From contig NW_003314267.1 in assembly GCF_000143415.4 (NCBI RefSeq), positions 544,908 to 608,907 of the forward strand: DNA of 64,000 nucleotides, in the 5' to 3' direction. The stretch comes from Selaginella moellendorffii. Lineage: Eukaryota > Plantae > Lycopodiophyta. Under the pieces are notes generated by a model. That model was not told the DNA's origin and ran no database searches. It worked only from the letters and a program-made list of their open reading frames with translations. The position numbers were made by a program, and so were the translations under genes. Shown piece by piece: positions 12,984-25,200 of this stretch (position 1 is the first letter of the stretch; each line of letters begins with the position of its first letter).

Positions 12984-13874
12984 CTACACAAAGCGCTTGA
13001 ACGCCTCCAAGCACTGTGCAATATGAAAGCAGTGGCTCTTGAAAAGCATGGTATCAGAAACGGTTGCAGGTAGCATGGGAAGCACGTACTTTCGCACAGC
13101 AGTGTCGAAGCTCGGTTGCTCTCCCTGCCTCACGGCCTCAGCCAAGGCTTTGGTCACGGGGATCAAGTAGAAGGTTGGACAGGTCCCTGAAGTCGAAAGT
13201 GTTATCCTTCAAAAAACAGATAAAGCGCTCGAATACGTACCTAACATAACTATACCAGGAATTATCTGTTGATCAGGATATTCGCCCATCGACAGCCTTT
13301 CGTAAAGCCTCGAATTCTCCTGATAAGCGGCAATTGCCTCAGCAATCAGCTGGGCTTCTGGATGGTGACCTTTGAAGTTCCCATCGTAACTTTTGTCTTC
13401 CTGAACCAGCATTTTCACTGCAGTGTCCAGCCGCTCCACAACGACATCAGGAATTGCTTGCATTTTGCCCCTCGACATGAAAAGATCGAGAATGGATCTG
13501 CTACGTACTACTGTGTCATCGTTGTCGTACTGAAAAAGCTCCAGAAGCGTCAGGGACATGTCATCCACTGCCGATTCTTCATGCCGGTGTGTTCTGGTCA
13601 CTGCGAAGACACGTTTAACCAGGGATTTCACATACCGAGATCTTATGGATGAAAGTTTCAGCTTTCCGAAGGCGTACTCTTGCAGATCCAAACTCACGAG
13701 CTCCGCGACATCAGGATTCCTGAATTCAACCGGCATGTCTACCCCGAAGAAATCTCTGAAGGAACTCTCCCTCGTGACCTTAATGTTGAAAGACCGCAGG
13801 ACCCCATCATCCCAATCGGAACCAGATTGTTTTGCAATCGGCCTCACTAGCCCTGACCTATCACCTGGTGCCAT
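12984..13874 (-). CDS. Two-exon gene, 278 aa, fungal-type uncharacterised protein with PD-(D/E)xK-like motifs
   Basis: Exon 1 13874-13241, 54-nt GT..AG intron 13240-13187, exon 2 13186-12984; splicing gives 837 nt in frame (...PGIVMLGTCPTFYLIPVTKALAEAV...CLEAFKRFV*); motifs SGSDW, EESAVDD, PDVVV, VQEDK, PEAQLIAEAIAA. Confidence 0.85.
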
Positions 13875-15523
13875 GTGCTAGATCGCCTTTTTATTGTTCC
13901 GGGCCAGCATTTAGGGTATAGAGTCTCTTTGTAGCATTATGTTTATTTTTTCAGGACAAAGTCATTCATAATTTCTGATCATAGGATCAAATTCTGAATT
14001 TTGTTTATATATATATGTAAACATATTTGTATATATGTAGTATATATTGGTATTAGAGGTTCTAATCATTGGTTTGCTCATCTGTTCATGCAAGAGCGAG
14101 ATTCCCTAGAATATTCCACAGTCGGAATATTCTAGGGCGTGAGGAGATTCCAGGCTGTGGGGCTAGGGCTGTAAGGGAAAACGCTTGGGCTGAGTGAGCT
14201 GAGCATAAAGAGTGTTCTCCCCACCACCATCTGTGGGGAGGATTGATTCCTAGCCAATCCTCCCCAGATTTTTCTTAGATTTTTTGGTTTTAGCTTGGGA
14301 AATTCTCAGGGGATTTGTGCTCAGGTGATGGAGTGCGTGGCTGGCAGGTCGCTGGGACGTGGATGAGTTTGCCCATACAATTCCTGGTGCCATGCATGAA
14401 ATCCTGGGATTTTTAGAGTTTTCTTTCTTTTAGATAGAAAAGAGGTTTTCTTTTCTTGGTGGTTGGTTCAGTTCAAGAAATGGTGATTGTGGGCTTGTAG
14501 ATCTTGTCGAGATATCTGTTCTAGATCAATAATTTCTCAATTTGGTGCAAGAACTAGCACATGCAGCCTTTAGCTCATACAACAGCAACTTTGGAAGCAT
14601 GGCATGAGTTGGATTCATCACTATTTTGATCTTTCTTGAGCTTATCTAGTAGATTTATTCAGGGTCTTTCTCTGGAGGGTTTACATGCATAAGTCTGGAG
14701 CACTTTTTGAGTGATTCTTTTCTTGCACTTTTTTATTTCAAGCATGGGATTGTGACATAGATGGTCACTTGTGTAGTAAATTCACTACTAAAGTAGGATG
14801 GTTTCCCCAATGGGATATTATTCTTATAATTCCACTTTTTTGCAAGTTCATCCCATTGTGACTTATATTGTTTTTGTGTGCAATGAAGTCTCTATGAATG
14901 TAAGATGCTGGAAATACATTGCCACTTTTTTGGTTATTTCATCGATTTTCTATGGCCACTGCCTTCTCAATCCTTTTCCTTTTCCATCCTCTTTGCATAC
15001 TAAAAAGCCATGTTTTCATTAGTAGACCATTTTCCTTTTTGTTCATCATTCAAAATTAGTTAATTTTGGGAAAACAAGTCATGAACTCAAAAAATAAACA
15101 AGAATAATATTTCTTGTACCTTTGGAATACTTGTTGCTCCATCAAAAGAGTTAATTCCTAAAGGAAGTAGTGATAATAAAGTTGTGAAAAAGGAATTTCT
15201 AATTCCCCCACCATGAAATCCATGCTATTGTAAAAATGCATTCAAAATAAAGTAGGAAAACAATTGGAAAAAGAATCTGGTTCAATGACTTGAAACCAAC
15301 TTATATTGTAAGGATACTTAGAACAAATCCAATCATCAGATTGAATGTAGAAATACCGGGTTAAAAACCATTGCAAACTTTTACTAAACAAAAGAGAAAA
15401 ACCAAAGAGAAAATGAAAAGTATTTGACTCATAGTTACATTTCACATAGATTCTATGCTAGCACTAAAAGATGAGCCCTCTCTTCCCTAGATATTAAGAC
15501 AAACAAATAAAATTTTAAAACTA

Positions 15524-15547
15524 ATGCTCTATTTCGTTAAAGTGGGA
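15524..15547 (+). repeat. Left TIR (ATGCTCTATTTCGTTAAAGTGGGA)
   Basis: Reverse complement of 28276-28299 except position 2. Confidence 0.92.
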
Positions 15548-16126
15548 TTTATTCAGTAAAATGGGACTAGGTACAAATTTTCAAATATTTGAAAATGACG
15601 TGAAATTATATGTTTTTTGTCCAGGGGCTAGACATATCTGGGGCATGGTGACTAGCGCGGTGACTTTGTGTCTAGACTGAGTCCATCTGGTTGTATAATA
15701 AATCTCATTGTCAAGGTGAACAAGCCAAATCTGAAACTAAAGAAGAGCAATGGCATGCACGCACACACTATTTGTTTGTTCATTGAGTGTGTGGTGAGCT
15801 TTCCAAGATGAACGTCATTCCTATTAGCCACGAATCTAATTGTGAAGGTGTAGCAAGAGGCATTGCTAGTCTGGAGAAGTCATTTAACTCATTTGACCCT
15901 TAGTGTATTTTCATGAAACTAAATAACATTCATATTATTAAGGAATTTCTCTAGTACCTTTTTCTTACGACATAGAGGCTTGCATTTCTTTCAAAGGTGA
16001 TTTAGTAAAAGGCCTGAGGGCACATGCCATTCTATTTCTCAAACTGGTATTAAGATATACTAGTGCAAAGGGAAAAAGGTATTTGGTGATCAAGTAAATG
16101 GCATGAGGGCACACGCCATTATAAGC

Positions 16127-16384
16127 CTAAGCGCTAGTGGACACCTCCTTTTTGGTACTCTCAGCGGTACTATCATCCTTCTCCGGGTCAGTTGTTTTGC
16201 TTTGGATTGTTGTCTCTGACGTTACTGGGGCGTTCTCGATAGTTGTTAATGTTGCCGTTTGTTCAGAAAAATGATCACCTGGAGTATAGTATGGGGAGTT
16301 TGGAAGACTTATATATTCTACATCTTCACCTATCTCCTTCTCTGTCTCCTTTTCTGCCTCACTTACAGATTTTGTGCTTGCCAT
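16127..16384 (-). CDS. Small S/T/E-rich ORF (85 aa) inside the transposon
   Basis: MASTKSVSEAEKETEKE...KKEVSTSA*; ATG lies just downstream of a TTTTAG acceptor-like site; no recognised domain. Confidence 0.35.
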   Translation of the reverse strand: MASTKSVSEAEKETEKEIGEDVEYISLPNSPYYTPGDHFSEQTATLTTIENAPVTSETTIQSKTTDPEKDDSTAESTKKEVSTSA

Positions 16385-17097
16385 GAGAATGCTCTTCACC
16401 CTAAAATATGGAGTTCGTTGTGTTATAAAAGGAAACCAACACACACGCTGCAAGGGAATGATGGTACATAAAGCACGTAAGCCCACAATATGGGTTTATG
16501 TGCCATTAATATGGGCCACACGCCATATTATTAGATTTATGCACGTGTGATTGGTAAATGCATATGTCACATCATCTTTGTTTTACCTCACACACTATAT
16601 CAGGCCTAATGAACCATATCACATGTGCGCACATGCTATATATATGGAGAAGTATTATGCAAGGATAGAAAAATTCAATGCATGATTGTGGAGAGCAATG
16701 GCATGAAGCCACATGCTAAATAACATTTTAGAGAAAGAATTAAAATAAAAACATGCAAACAGTACTGAGTGGACCAAGACTTAGAAGTGCACAATTGAAT
16801 GAAGTATTTCTAATAAATATTTCACTCACCTCATATAGGAATGGCTACCACTCTCAAATGGCGTATCGCCTCATGCCATCACCTCGCAATTTGTTATAAC
16901 AATCCGATGAATTCATATTCGGCTTGTTCACCTTGAAATTTAAGTAAGATTTGCTAGAACAACTAAGAATTTATACTTGTTATTTGTATCATCTCACCTA
17001 GGAATGGCGTAAGGCCACATGCCATCACGCCTCCTCTGATTCAGATTCGGATTGTTCACCTTGAAATAAAATACATTAGAAACTTAGTAAAGGAATA

Positions 17098-19909
17098 TTA
17101 ATGAATCTCACATTGAACCTGGGTTGTGAATGCTCTTGCTGCATTTCTTGCATGGTCTGGCAAGGTGATGGTGGCACTCTGCTTCCGCATCCAACCATGC
17201 ACAACATTATCCACCGATATGCTCATGCTGGGATCCCTTGGATTCAGCACCCATCTCTTTTCTAGGCAATCCTTCGTATATCCGGAACTTGGCTTGAACC
17301 ACTCCACAGTTACATTGAAGGAGTTAGTTTCCGCGTCCTCCTCTGCATCAGTGATGCAGTGCCCCACCCATATCATTTGTTTTTTATTACTGGGTCTGAC
17401 AAGCACGACCATTCCTTTGCAGACCTGTACTGGATTGAATGCTGAATCTGGCTTCTTGTTCCTCGGCCCACAATAGTGATCCTCAACATCGTTATCTGTC
17501 ACTGCATTTCCAGAGGACATTGTTCCGCTACTATCTGGTGCTCTAGGTTCTAGCCAAAAGGACTCTTCCAATTCTTCATATACAACTGGCCCATTTTGGA
17601 TAGCAAATATAATCTTTTCCCAGTATTCGAGCAAAAGTTTGCACCTCTTAAAATAGGATTCTCCACCAAACACCAACCCCCTCTTCCAGAAGGCAATATG
17701 CTGTCTAATCCCGGCCACTATACTTTCCTGGTCTTTGAGTCCATCCGGGTGCATCGGCCGTGGGGAACCCTGAGGAATCATAGGTTCCTCAGTTATGGGA
17801 TCTCTCTTGAAGAATTCAATGCCGTCCACTGGCAGCCACACTGTGTCCCATTCTCTCATCTTGTACTTCATCACTGGAGCACCGTCACGCATGCTGAAAT
17901 GAAATTGAAGAGGCTTGGAGTGGCCAATCAGCGTTTCGGATTCGTCCCTGATGTAGCCTCTTACAAACCGCTTAAAGTCTGGAACCTCTGTCACAAGTGC
18001 AGCTTCAACAGTGCCTTTGATGCAATTTTGGAATTCATCGTAGAGTTGTGGGAGGGTGAGGACATTGGATCGCCGGAGGGACTCTGCCAGGTGACTGAAC
18101 ATGGCATCGACGTCTTCATGAGTGTGCCCAACCATGAGAAAGCCAAGTGTAACCGTTTCAAATATGCCTATGGCAACAAGCATCGCCAAGTACGCGAAGA
18201 CGTACATGTTTTTGTTCTCACTGCCAGCATTGTCTGTTTGGAGCAGAAGATGGGGTGGAAGGCCACATCGGCCGCAAGAACTTCCTTGAGATTCTGCTTC
18301 GTTTGGATGAGGCTGTGCATTCACCGGGCGACCAGCCTCGTCGGAATGGCATGAGGCCTCACGTGATAACCCTACAATCTGACGGCCAACATATTCACTG
18401 GGATGGCGATACTGCAAGCCTTTGCTCCTCCTCCAGCTGAACCCTGTATGGGGTTCGATCGACAAGGGCCTTATGCAAGGGTTGGCCGTTCAGCTCAGTC
18501 TGCGCACTTTGCAGAGACCTTAAGTGTTTTGCTAGGGACGCAATCATCATGTTTGCACCCCCGCCACCCCATAGAGGTACAAAGAAGTTCCCATAGTTCT
18601 GGGCACCATGCCCATGAGCGATTATGCCAAACAGAGACACAGGCAGCTGCATGGATGAAGAGATTGCTTTGGGGGCAGGATTGAGTTGAGGTAAGCACGT
18701 CTTTTTCTAGTCCATTTTGTCGTGGATGATGCAGAGGTAAGAGTCAGGTCTCTCCATGGAGAGAATCCTGTTATGATAATATGAAGTCCTGCAGCTTCTC
18801 TGCTCGATGTTGTGGTCGAGCCGCCTTCTAACCAACGTCTCTCGCTCTTGAGCGATGCAAGAATTCTTCGACAAAGCCATTTTGATAGCAGTGCACTCGT
18901 CACACTTTGAAAAGCTGGAGTACTTTCCTATACTCACATCCCTGAACCTGTTGCTCCACAATCTACTAAATCTAGATTGGCTCAGCTTCCTGTAGCCATT
19001 ACTCTAGAGTTCCCGATTCACATCTTCCAATATGGCCCCCTTGGTATACATGGAAGGGAGAACTCATTGGGTGTCTCGAGTTCCATCTTCCAAGAGGCGG
19101 GTTTTATGTGGTTGCTGCTCACTACATATCTCGACAAACCTCTTGAAGATTGCCTCTCCATATACAACATGACCCCTGGTTTTGTGAGTACCGTCGTTCC
19201 CATGGACTGCCTGTTGAACCCTTTGTTCCTCGAACTCAGTTTTGATTCTGTAGAATGTGGTTCGAGGGACTCCATAAATGATTCTCCATGCCTTCATGTA
19301 GACCAAACCCCTCTGGAAGACCATGCCTCCCACCTAATGTTCTGAAGCATCAACAGATGACCGTAATGCCTCATACACAAAATTGCGAGCTGCCTTCCAG
19401 AACAATGTCTTGTATCTTGCTCTCTCCTCTTCAATAACATCCCAATCAGCATGTTGACAGCACCTCCTCTTGCAACAAGCAACTGTCGAGACCATTCGAA
19501 CCTCTATCGCCATTTTCTGCCTTTTCGGTTCATTGCTCAGATCCCTTTGGCTGCGCTTTAGGAAGGTGTACTTTCTTTTCCCATGAAGAGATGTTCTGTC
19601 ATCAGTTGTAGTGGTGTTTGATTGTGAATCCTTCACATTCTCAAACACTAAGTGCCTCAATTTCCACCGCACAATGCTTCCAATAGTCAAACTGTTTTCT
19701 TCTGTGTCAACAACCTCTAAAATCACAACTCCAATATCATCCCAGCCCAATTCTTGATTAGCAACCGCATCTCTTGAATCGACAACTATGGCTAAGCCCT
19801 CAGCTACCACCTCCCCCTCGGGGTTGTTTAGAAACACCTTTGCCTGAATCCATGTAGCACGGTTCTTAAGATCCACGGAGGGAACATGCGTCGCACTTGC
19901 GGAGGCCAT
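17098..19909 (-). pseudogene. Sola-like (DUF7869-type) DDD transposase with premature stops
   Basis: One frame from 19909 through in-frame stops at ~19334, ~19064 and ~18707; motifs FSKCDEC, IIHDKMD(*=Q)KKTCLP, LQTDNAGSENKN, FLMVGHTHEDVDAMFS; frame switch at ~18335-18410 is probably an intron containing a palindrome. Confidence 0.85.
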
Positions 19910-21196
19910 TCTGAAAGTGCAGAAAAGAAGTTAAGACAATACAAAAAATGATTGGAGAATGGCCTAAATCATAACATACCAAACAACCTCAATAGCATGA
20001 GGCCACATGCCATTATTCAAACATGCTATTGACACCCACGTGAAATTTCGCATTCACAAAATTGGCATGAGCCCTCATGCCATCTTGATATACACACAGT
20101 TGCAGGCAAGTAAAAACATACATGACAATACGCTAGCCATGAAATTGCAAGGGCCCAAGATGGCATGTGGCCTCATGCCATTTCTAAATGTGGTCCTAAG
20201 CCATTCCATGGTGAACATACCAGGAAGCACAAGCGCCGAATATCAAGAGGAAGCGGTAGCCACACCAAAGACAGTGTCGCTCACAACACCGCAACTACTC
20301 GTAGCGCCACTCGCAACACCACAACTGCTCGTAGCGCCGCTCGCACAAACTGCCACTTGCATAAACTGCCGCTCGCAATGGTGCTCGCAATGCCGCAACC
20401 GCTCGTAGACGCATAAACCACAGCTCACAACGCCGCTTACACAAGCAGCGCTCACTGCGCTCAGCGGAACCAAGAACACGGCACACAAAAATGATAGACC
20501 TAGGAATGAGTTCGAGAATTCAAAAATAACACACGCTTGAACGTCACATCAAATCCTCTGACAAACCAGATCTTATGATTCCTCTGACAAATTTCAAACT
20601 GAGTAGCTTCTAGACTTTGCTGTCGGAGGTTGAACTTTGTCACATCATGTCCTTGCCTCGATCCAGCTGTGCCATGTCAGTGATTCGAACTTTGCCATGC
20701 CATGGATCCGCGCCAAGATTATTCGCCGTGTAAAGGAATAATTATGCTGTGTGTGTACGTCCATTTATGGCAATATAAGGCCACACGCCATTCAAAGAAT
20801 AATGCTAGTCAAGCATTTTTTGGTGCATTTTTTGGTTCAAAATTGCATGAGCCCACACGCTATAAAGTTTACCTGTACCAAAAATAGAAACAGCTTTATT
20901 TACTTGGGAATTTAAGTGGTTGAGGCATTTTTAAACTTACAAACACATGCCCTACTTACATTCCTTTGGTTGCTTAAAATTCAAAAATATTATAAACCTT
21001 TCTTTTTGCATTTTCAATGTTTTCAATTATGGTTTTTGATTTTCGCAGGACCAGCCTAGTAATCTATTTGCATCCCGTCATGTTTATAGCTAGCTTTCGT
21101 TTGTCCCCTTCGCTAGCCTGAGATACTGCTCGGCATCTGCCTCTTACAGCATTTGCCCAGAAAGGGCATCTTTCTTCACGCAGCATTTGCCACATG

Positions 21197-21222
21197 TTTA
21201 GGGTTTAGGGTTTAGGGTTTAG
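21197..21222 (+). repeat. Interstitial plant telomere repeat (TTTAGGG)3+ / telo-box
   Basis: tttagggtttagggtttagggtttag. Confidence 0.85.
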
Positions 21223-22123
21223 CAATTCAGTAGCTTGATAAACATGCAAATACAGAACTTGATGCAAAATCCTTTGATATGTCACAATGCCCCTAGGACC
21301 ATAAACACATTTCAATAGAAAGGGTCCTTTCATTTCATAACTCCTTACGTAGATCTTGGTGAAACCAGAGTTAGTGAAGTTGGTTTCTTGTGATCCCGCA
21401 TCTGATTGTGATGTCCCTTTGCAGTGTCGATGGAAAGGTCAATGCACACCAAACTATAGAATCTTGGAGCAAAATAACGGTCGGATCTATGGCAAATGCC
21501 CCTGAAACATTGTAAGGCTCGTGTGGTCTCATGTGGTGTCCGATCGAGATGCTTCTTTGCAGGGTCATCAAGAAGGACATTGTATACCATTCTTTATTTA
21601 GCTGAACATCTGGCATTTTTGGAAATACAAGATGCTTTGGAATATCCAATCATGCATGGTATAAATATAGCGAGGGTATTAAATGATATCCCAATCATGA
21701 TCTTTCTTTTGGATTTCACGTGCATGCAGTCCGAGGAATGATGACGTTGCGGATTTCTTTTGGATTTCACGTGTATGCATGCGCGCGGCGATCCAGAAAT
21801 TAATGGTGGCGCCCAAGTCCGAGGAATGATGACGTTGCGGGATTACCAACTGTCGTGACATTTTGCGCGTATGAGGTTAGGTTTTGCATTTTTCTTCGTA
21901 CTCGCGCTCGCACACTCACGCTCCCACTTCTCTACAGGTTTCTCGTGTGCATCGGCGTCCACTCACGCTTGCATCACACTCGCGCTCGCATCGCGCTCGT
22001 GTGCATCGGTGTCCACTTCAAGACACACCCAGTTTGTAACTTCACCGCCAACTCTGCCGCCCACTCCGCCACCCACACACAGCCCACTTGGCGTCCCGGG
22101 AGATTTCAGCGCCACTCTCCAAC

Positions 22124-22161
22124 TGTAAGTGGTAGAGTAGCCTTGCTGCTACGATCCGCTG
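22124..22161 (+). other. 38-nt fragment matching the 3' end of 26S rRNA
   Basis: tgtaagtggtagagtagccttgctgctacgatccgctg; nearly identical to 30525-30560 in the 26S pseudogene of this window. Confidence 0.75.
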
Positions 22162-22224
22162 CACACACAGTGCACATTCGCCAGCGAGTCCGGCCTCGAT
22201 TGTCACGCCTCCATTTGGCTTCAA

Positions 22225-25200
22225 ATGGTAAGTCTTTTAGGCCAAGTAGAAAATGGCATGAGGCCACATGCCATTCAGTAGCAACATTGGCATGCACCGA
22301 TTGGGCTCTCGAGTGCAGTCCGGTTACAGATGGCGTGTAGCCTCACGCCATCTTAGGATGCAGCCTCAAGACATCTGATACAGTGGTGAATGGCGTGTGG
22401 CCTCACGTTATTTCCAGCTGCTAGCTTTTCATCTGTCAACTCTAATTGTTGTGCATTTCTGAACAGGCGAGGAATTGCGTTCTTCTTCCAGCCACTGTCA
22501 ATGTGGATGCAGAGAAGGGGGAAGAGCTCACCAGTTGGACTTTTGGGATGGAAGGCGAGGATCTGAGGCTGTACAACACAGATGGTGGGAGAAAAGAATG
22601 CATGGGGATCCTCATCCAAGTGACAGACACTCCATGCAGTTCCATGCAAGTATATGGACTGGCGCTTGTGGTAGAGACAGCGTCTGCCTTCAAGATCCAC
22701 CTTGCACATCCTAGCGGCTTCCCGGAGGGGGGCAGCGGCTATGAGGAATTCCTAGAGGGAGCTAGGGAGAGGTTGTCCAGGAGGCCCACAATTTCAAAGA
22801 CGCTGCGGGTCTATGAAGATCACATGGAATCCATAGACCTCACCTACGGCAATATTCAAAAACTATATTCCAACATTGAGCCGTTGAGAGTGCCTCCAGT
22901 TCGCAAAGCGAAGGGGAAGGGGGTCGATCTGGAAACTACCCCAAAGCAGAAAAGGGTGGTCAAGCTCAAGCCGACGTCCGACTCTCCTGCTCCAAAAAAG
23001 AAGCTACTCGGTGATGCCATTGCCTCGGGTTCGAACACTACACCCACCAAAAAGAAGAGCCGCAAAGAGCAGAAAGAGCAAGAAGAGGCAGCAAAAATCG
23101 TCGCTGATAATAATACTTGTTACTATTCCAACAAAGTATATACAATCGACGTGAGCCGTATCAACATCCAAAGCAAATACAACCACAGGCTAGTATCTGA
23201 TGAGTGGGTGGAGAAACTGAAGCAGAAGATGCTGGCAAGTCCAGTAACACCCGACATCGCAGACGTGATCCCCTACTACCGAACAATGAAGGGCGAGACG
23301 AGGTTTCCAGACTTGATCAATAGGAAGGTGTTGGACGATTAAAACATCCGGTTCTATGCCGTCTCCGGATAGCATTCTAGCTTGGCGATGCAAGAGATAG
23401 TTGTGGATATTATGGTGGGCGAGGAGGTGAAGAAAGTCTTCAAGACAAGAGTTGTCCGTCTGATAAAAGGCAACTCGCCCCTCCAATCTATCATATACAT
23501 CTCCCACACGCAGAATGTTAAGCAAGAAACGTGCTACAAATCGGGTCTGCACGAGACATTGGCACGAACACGGAAGCTCTGGGTTCAACTGAAGAAGCCA
23601 CAAAAACCAGGACAAGGACGTGCACTAGCAACTATCGCCTGGCAGGTAAGCCTCGTTGCATGTGGCATAGCATGTGGCCTCACGCCATTTCCATTGCAAG
23701 AATTCTCGAGTCTTCTCTCGAAAACACTGGGGGTCAATGACACACTCAGCATCCATAACATTCTATTCGCGACAAAAGTTATTTTTGACAAATGGGTAGA
23801 TGTGCTGAGGAGGTACCATGACGGGGAGTTGCTAAACTCAATAGGTGTGGAGGACGGCCGGAAGCCCAATGATTTGAAGCTCAACGCCTTGCGTTTCTCG
23901 CGGTCTCTAGACGACGACGACCTTCTGACAGTGGCTAATGAATGCTCTTCTACGTGGTGAGGTAGTCTTCAACAAGACCAAAATGACTCCCGGCCATATT
24001 GTGACATACGAGGACTTGTGCACGACTTTGAGAGCTCGTGCGCTATTGAAGGATTGGATCTTCGAGCAAGTGGCGATGGAGAGGGTGAGCATCGACACCA
24101 CGCAAGAGATGATGGAAGAGCTAGAGTTGTCAAATGAAGACATCGACGAGTACGTGAAGGGGGCCCCCAAGTTCATCGATCTGCTGCGGGATGCCACGAA
24201 AAGTAAAGCTGAGAAGTTGGATCACTATCCAAATTTCATTAAGATTGATGTCGACCGCCGGCTTCAGAAACAACTCGACCCCGCAGCAGAGGCCAATCGA
24301 GAACCTTACCGGGTATACGTGAATTCGGATGAGGATCAAAGGTGGAGGAGCATCGTTTCCCGCGGAGATGAGCAGGTCAAGAACATCTTTTGTGTGATGG
24401 ACTTCACAAACGAGGAGATCACTCATGCAGACGAAGTCAGCTCCATCATTGACTTAATGGTGGGACTTGTGGAGGTGGAATCTTCAGTCCACTATATGAT
24501 CTACGACTCCGAATCCTATCACAAGTTCTAGAAGGCCTTGAACGAGGTGAAGGCTCGGTTGAAAGGCAAGGAGATGCGGGAGATCCATGGGATAATGGCT
24601 AAGAAGAAGATACCGACGAATGTCCGCATCTTCACACTCGCCCTTGTTATTGGTCCTGCAGCAGAGTGGGACTGGAGTGACTTCCCAGCTTCGTTTGACA
24701 AGGCCGATCGAATTGATCTGAGGGAGGTCAATTTACCGTGCCTGAGGAACTGAAGACGGCTATAGAGCTTTTGAATCCAAAGAAAGCTCTAGGTGCAGCA
24801 TGGGAAATGCTCAGCTGGGTCTTCAACGCAATAGCGGGTGGGTCACCTGCTTCCGACTCTAAGGGCAAATGCGTTGTCGAGTACAACTGCGGCGGACTAT
24901 TCTTTTGAGCCGCACTACTCAAGGGTGTCCCGTGTGTTGCGGTGACAAACTCCATTGAAGAGGTGACTTCAATAGAGCATATAATTACAGTTGCCAAAGA
25001 AAAACAGTATCTTCTCTATGAACCTGGTGAGTACGCACTTTAAGTTTAAATATTATCTCACAAGCTCTGTATGCAGGAGCGTGGCCACCCCCAGATGCTG
25101 AAACGGCGTTAACAGCTACTGTTGAAGATACCCATGTTGGGCCGAGCTCACAACCTGCACAAGGTAAGGTCACGTGAGGCCTCACGCCATTTTGATTATA

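Noticed and set aside
17126-19345. Plus-strand ORFs over the transposase
   Set aside because: Antisense shadows with no recognisable motifs
21197-21222. Chromosome end or fusion site
   Set aside because: Fewer than four repeats, located inside a transposon
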